From an uncultured virus (IMG/VR IMGVR_UViG_3300034050_000143) (taxonomy: Duplodnaviria > Heunggongvirae > Uroviricota > Caudoviricetes > Crassvirales), in IMG/VR virus record IMGVR_UViG_3300034050_000143: DNA of 64,000 bases; one strand, given 5' to 3'. The position numbers were made by a program, and so were the translations under genes. This document shows, piece after piece, positions 60,192-64,000 of this stretch (its first letter is position 1; each line of letters begins with the position of its first letter). A model generated the notes under the pieces. The model made no database searches and was not told the origin of the DNA. It saw nothing but the letters and a program-made list of their open reading frames with translations.

Positions 60192-60215
60192 GAAAAACCC
60201 CAGTAAATGGGGTTT
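60192..60215 (-). terminator. Intrinsic terminator
   Basis: AAACCCCA/TGGGGTTT stem with T run on minus strand. Confidence 0.65.
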
Positions 60216-60390
60216 AACTAACTACAGTGTGTTATAGGGCAGTTGGACTCGAAAGTTTACAACCACACTATATAAAAGGCGATTCTTATTTGTAACCCCT
60301 GCAGCGGTGTCGCCTAACGCCACTAACTATAAGGCTGTCTAGATTTCATTCTGTACCAGCGACTGTCTAAATTACATCCTGCCTTATATT

Positions 60391-60711
60391 CTAGAACGGT
60401 AAATCGTCAAACACTTCTTTAGGTGCTGCTTTCTTAGGTGCTGCACTTTGTTGTTGACCGTCTTTAGGAGCTACATTTACATTTTCTCCATTAGTCCATA
60501 AGACTTTTACATTACCTAAGTAAACTTTAGGAGATTTAGCATCTCTTTCGTCTTTACTTTGCCCAACAGTAATTGGACCTTGGTTTCCAAACTTATCAAA
60601 ATCATCATTAAGTACTATTGTAATAGGTAAATACTTACCTTTAGCACCACTGATGATCTTGTCTTTTGGAATTTCGTTTAAATTAATACTTGCATTGATA
60701 ATTGAAGCCAT
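60391..60711 (-). CDS. ssb: Single-stranded DNA-binding protein (putative)
   Basis: C-terminal DDLPF tail; located next to recombination genes. Confidence 0.75.
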   Translation of the reverse strand: MASIINASINLNEIPKDKIISGAKGKYLPITIVLNDDFDKFGNQGPITVGQSKDERDAKSPKVYLGNVKVLWTNGENVNVAPKDGQQQSAAPKKAAPKEVFDDLPF

Positions 60712-60859
60712 ATTAGAATATATTGAATTGGTTAAAAAATTGTTTTAATCTTTCGTAAACACTGAGTTGTTGTTTTACTTTCTTGTAAGTCTTTAAATCA
60801 TTTGATTCTTCAGGTTTAATAGGAATGATTACTTTTTTTGGTCTATTCATAGTTAAAAA

Positions 60860-61591
60860 TTAAAGTGTTAAATTTATAAAATAGTTTTCAGGAACAAAGT
60901 CTGGATCGTTGTAAAATAGATTATAAGCTTCAACAGCTTTCTCAACTTTTTCCTTACCTGTTTCTAAGAATTTATCAGAACAATCATATATACCTATTTG
61001 ATTTGTTACTTTATCTATAGCCATAAAAACCATATCGTAACCAAATAACTGTTTATATATATAAGCTTGACTATCGTAGTTATACTTTTTAGCAGAGTAT
61101 CTAAAATCTGCAAGATTAGATGTAGTTTTTAAATCTACAATTAGTTTTTCTGAATGATTAAGTATATCTGCTTTACCTTTCCACATTACACCTGCTATTT
61201 CAGCAATACCAGGAACTTCATAATCATTGTTATCTGCTCTTATTAATCCTCTACATACTTCATTAGATAATACCTTATCTATCATCAACTCTAACTGATC
61301 TACTTCATGATTTAATAAACACATTTCTCCACCAGATAACTCTTTATATATATTTGTATTTCTAGTCGATGCTTGAATTACTTTATATTTTTTAAGTTTA
61401 TCAGGTTCTAGTATAGCTGTATGGAAATAACCACCGATTAAGAAATTTATATTTTGTGGATTAGGATCTTTTAAAGCTAATGGATTTGTTAGTAAAGTAC
61501 CAACATTTGAATTGCTAAGAAACTGCTTCCCAAAATCACCATAATAATCTTCATCATTTTTAAGTCTTTCTAATATTAATTCTTTTTTCAT
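60860..61591 (-). CDS. RecE/ExoVIII-like PD-(D/E)XK exonuclease
   Basis: LSNS, G..FH..ILEP, KGKAD, VDLKTT, Y..QAY.Y. Confidence 0.88.
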   Translation of the reverse strand: MKKELILERLKNDEDYYGDFGKQFLSNSNVGTLLTNPLALKDPNPQNINFLIGGYFHTAILEPDKLKKYKVIQASTRNTNIYKELSGGEMCLLNHEVDQLELMIDKVLSNEVCRGLIRADNNDYEVPGIAEIAGVMWKGKADILNHSEKLIVDLKTTSNLADFRYSAKKYNYDSQAYIYKQLFGYDMVFMAIDKVTNQIGIYDCSDKFLETGKEKVEKAVEAYNLFYNDPDFVPENYFINLTL

Positions 61592-61592
61592 A

Positions 61593-62147
61593 TTATAGTT
61601 TAGATAAAATTGTTATTTGCTCTTTACTTAAATCGTATTTGCCTTTAATAGTTTCCAAAGAACCACCTGTCTCTACAAACGTCTTAGCTTTTTCAAGACC
61701 AGCAGCATCTAATTTCGCTTTAACAGGTTCAGTTTTACCATGTGTATTTGAAGCATCTGCATCAGCAGTGTCATCAATAAGTAATAAATTACCAAGAGCA
61801 TATTTTTTACCATAACTAGAAGCAGAACCAAATGCCTGTGGCGTCTGCATACCTTTTTGAACTAAGTCTACACCAACAATAGCTTTAACTTCTATTGAAT
61901 TTTCACTAAAAGCATCGTGTATAGCAGCTTTGCTAATAATAACTGGTAAATCGTGAGAATAAATATAATCCTCATTTATTGTAAAATACACACCATATTT
62001 TTCGTTAAAAGGTTTTAAGCCTTCTAATATATCCTCAGCGGATCTAAAATTGTATTTACCAAACGAATTGTATCTACTTTTATTTGACTTAAACTCAATT
62101 TGAATTCTAGACAACTTGATAGACAAAGGCAACTTTTGATTTTCCAT
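61593..62147 (-). CDS. erf: ERF-family ssDNA annealing protein
   Basis: NSFGKYNFRSAEDI...Q.FGSASSYGKKYAL...DDTAD.D. Confidence 0.9.
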   Translation of the reverse strand: MENQKLPLSIKLSRIQIEFKSNKSRYNSFGKYNFRSAEDILEGLKPFNEKYGVYFTINEDYIYSHDLPVIISKAAIHDAFSENSIEVKAIVGVDLVQKGMQTPQAFGSASSYGKKYALGNLLLIDDTADADASNTHGKTEPVKAKLDAAGLEKAKTFVETGGSLETIKGKYDLSKEQITILSKL

Positions 62148-62312
62148 ATATTTAATTTAATTAATTTAAAAATTCTCTAATAAAATGTACAACCATACCC
62201 ACCATTAATACTGCAACACCAATCATTATTATTCCAATAAAAATGGGTGCTATAGTATGCATAACAAAATCTTCCATATAATTTAATTTAATTGTTTAAC
62301 TTTTATATCTAT

Positions 62313-62340
62313 ATAATTACGTATTTTTCAATCTTTTTAC
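62313..62340 (-). promoter_or_regulatory. Middle/late promoter-like motif
   Basis: GTAAA-N15-GTAATT directly after the sigma gene, upstream of erf operon. Confidence 0.6.
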
Positions 62341-62347
62341 ATTTAAC

Positions 62348-63130
62348 TTACATAAAGTCAAGCACTTGCGATGATTCTACATTCACTACTAATTTACTTA
62401 TTGCTAATTTTTTTAACTCAGAAATTCTAACATAAGCACTAGCACCTTTAAAGTCTAATATATCTGCTATTGATATAGCTGAATGTCTATCACAGTCTAA
62501 ACCATAACTTAATCTTAATACTTCTGATTCATTATGAGTTAAATGTTTTTTAAATATACTTAACAAATAAGAATTTAATAAATCTATATTATACTCTTTA
62601 GATTTATCTTCGAAAATAGCACCGGCATAACTAGTTTCTCCATCAAAGAAATTGTCATCAGAACTATCAAAATCCTCATCTAAACTTTTAAATATACTAT
62701 TAAAGAACATTTCAACCATTTTTTCGTTGTCTGGATTCTTACGTATCTCATTTAATTTATGTTCAGGAATACGTATTGCTCCTCTATTAATGTCTATTGC
62801 GCGTCTAATTGAACCCTTTATTCGTTTTGACAGAAACGATTTCAATGTATTTTCTTGATTGTCAGATTCATTTATTCTGTCCCAATCTATGTTGTCTATA
62901 GCTAGAATTAAGGCTATGCTACCTTCTTGTAACATGTCTGTTATATCCATTATTCCTGAAGCTTGGTCTGCGGTTGAAAACTTTCTAGCTATATTTTCAA
63001 CTAAAGGCATAAACACAATAATTAATTCTTTTTTACTGTATTCATCATAAGATTTATTTTCTATGTTAGATAAACATTCTTTTAAATCTTGTTTGTACCT
63101 AAGATAATTATCTATATTATACTTTTTCAT
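62348..63130 (-). CDS. Sigma70-family RNA polymerase sigma factor
   Basis: Region 2 LVENIARKF...DMLQEG.IAL..AID...IRRAI...IRIP; region 4 LT..E.EVLRL.YGL...IADIL. Confidence 0.9.
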   Translation of the reverse strand: MKKYNIDNYLRYKQDLKECLSNIENKSYDEYSKKELIIVFMPLVENIARKFSTADQASGIMDITDMLQEGSIALILAIDNIDWDRINESDNQENTLKSFLSKRIKGSIRRAIDINRGAIRIPEHKLNEIRKNPDNEKMVEMFFNSIFKSLDEDFDSSDDNFFDGETSYAGAIFEDKSKEYNIDLLNSYLLSIFKKHLTHNESEVLRLSYGLDCDRHSAISIADILDFKGASAYVRISELKKLAISKLVVNVESSQVLDFM

Positions 63131-63604
63131 TTGATTTTTCTTTATCTATTTTATCCATGAAATCTTTTATATCTCCAATAGTATATATTCCTTGTGCTGA
63201 ATTATCTAATGGAAATACTCTAGTTTCATCTGGTAATCTAGATGCTAAAGGATTTAACCATCGTCCGTAATGTGACCTAAACCATATCCTTTCAAAGAAA
63301 GAATGATCTATATAATCTAATAACTCTCCTTCTTCATCGCATATCTTATCGATGTCTATCATACGCTGAGGTATTCCAAATGTTGTACTCATAGTCCTTT
63401 TTCTTTTTTATATATTAATAGTAATTTTTCTATTGATAATTTACCCATATCTTCAGTTGTTAAACTATCTAAATATTCTCCAAATCCAATAACAAATTCA
63501 TTAATAATTTTTAAAACTTTACCTGTGTGGTTATATTCTAATGGACAATCATTATAGCAATCCCAATACTGAGTATGTGGTCTAACTTGTTCTTCTAATG
63601 TCAT
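63117..63604 (-). CDS. Two short hypothetical genes (63117-63392, 63389-63604)
   Basis: Overlapping ORFs. Confidence 0.6.
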
Positions 63605-63999
63605 AATGTTTGATTTAAAAGTTCTTTTTCTTTTTTAAGTTCGTTACTCATGTTTCTGTAAACTGTTCTCGCAGAACAACCAAGATGTTTCGCTAGTTTC
63701 TCAACAGTGATTTTTTCACCATCATCATGAGTGTATAGCATAGCATCGTAAATCTCAGACTCTGATAATTTTTTACGACCAATAATACTTCCTACAATTT
63801 GTAGTTTCTGTTCTGCTGTTAACATGCAGAATTCTTTAAATATTATCTTACGTAACTTGTTTTTAGGCGGAGTTTCAAGATCTTGCATACTAACTTCATA
63901 TATCATAGTTTTCAATAGTTGATCAGATATTGTAAATGTAATAAAGTTATTTGACTTATCACATATAAATTTACATATATTTTCTAATTCATCTTGATT
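63601..63999 (-). CDS. HTH DNA-binding protein, 5'-truncated by window edge
   Basis: ITVEKLAKHLGCSARTVYR; frame stays open to the window end. Confidence 0.75.
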   Translation of the reverse strand, partial: NQDELENICKFICDKSNNFITFTISDQLLKTMIYEVSMQDLETPPKNKLRKIIFKEFCMLTAEQKLQIVGSIIGRKKLSESEIYDAMLYTHDDGEKITVEKLAKHLGCSARTVYRNMSNELKKEKELLNQTL

Positions 64000-64000
64000 T

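Noticed and set aside
951..63050. Many antisense or nested ORFs in the track (e.g. 951-1214, 7888-8235, 11395-11793, 13018-13410, 19092-19535, 28863-29270, 51557-51898)
   Set aside because: Shadows of real genes on the opposite strand; low-complexity hydrophobic translations
1..64000. Stop-codon reassignment as in some crAss-like phages
   Set aside because: Core genes are full length and densely packed under the standard code; no suppressor tRNA seen
1..64000. Prophage or integrase module
   Set aside because: No integrase, repressor cassette or host genes visible; groEL/groES are embedded in the phage late operon

Overview
The window is most of a lytic, AT-rich, podovirus-type (short-tailed) dsDNA phage genome. 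The host is probably Bacteroidota/Flavobacteriia, inferred from A-rich starts without a Shine-Dalgarno sequence and a crAss/Cellulophaga-phage-like virion module. There are three blocks. (1) 1-12.1 kb, minus strand: small early genes, a metallophosphoesterase, a MoxR AAA+/VWA pair, tRNA-like elements and a triplicated ~76-aa gene. These are served by seven copies of a rigid 39-bp promoter-like motif (ACGGAnTT-N16-GATAATAT-N4-GAA). (2) 12.6-54.9 kb, plus strand: initiator-type tRNA-Met, small basic virion-like proteins, two paralogous tail fibres, a DUF285/BspA-like protein, lysis genes, GroEL/GroES, terminase, portal, scaffold, major capsid, tail ring/nozzle proteins and ejection proteins ending in a 2443-aa polyprotein. 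(3) 55-64 kb, minus strand: Holliday resolvase, MazG-like enzymes, a thymidylate-synthase-fold enzyme with the dCMP-specific Asp, primase-helicase, SSB, RecE-like nuclease, ERF and a sigma70-family factor. Five observations stand out. First, a sigma-region-2-like segment sits inside the giant virion protein, bracketed by repeated KFSL motifs next to a zincin protease motif (candidate injected, self-released transcription factor for the 7 early promoters). Second, a different promoter class (GTAAA-N15-GTRATW) is a candidate for the encoded sigma. Third, there are 14 exact same-orientation copies of GTGTATAGCA confined to the leftward-transcribed arms. Fourth, a tRNA scaffold has a structured insert in place of its anticodon arm. 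Fifth, cytosine modification is probable. All protein calls are from motif recognition by eye; no searches were run.
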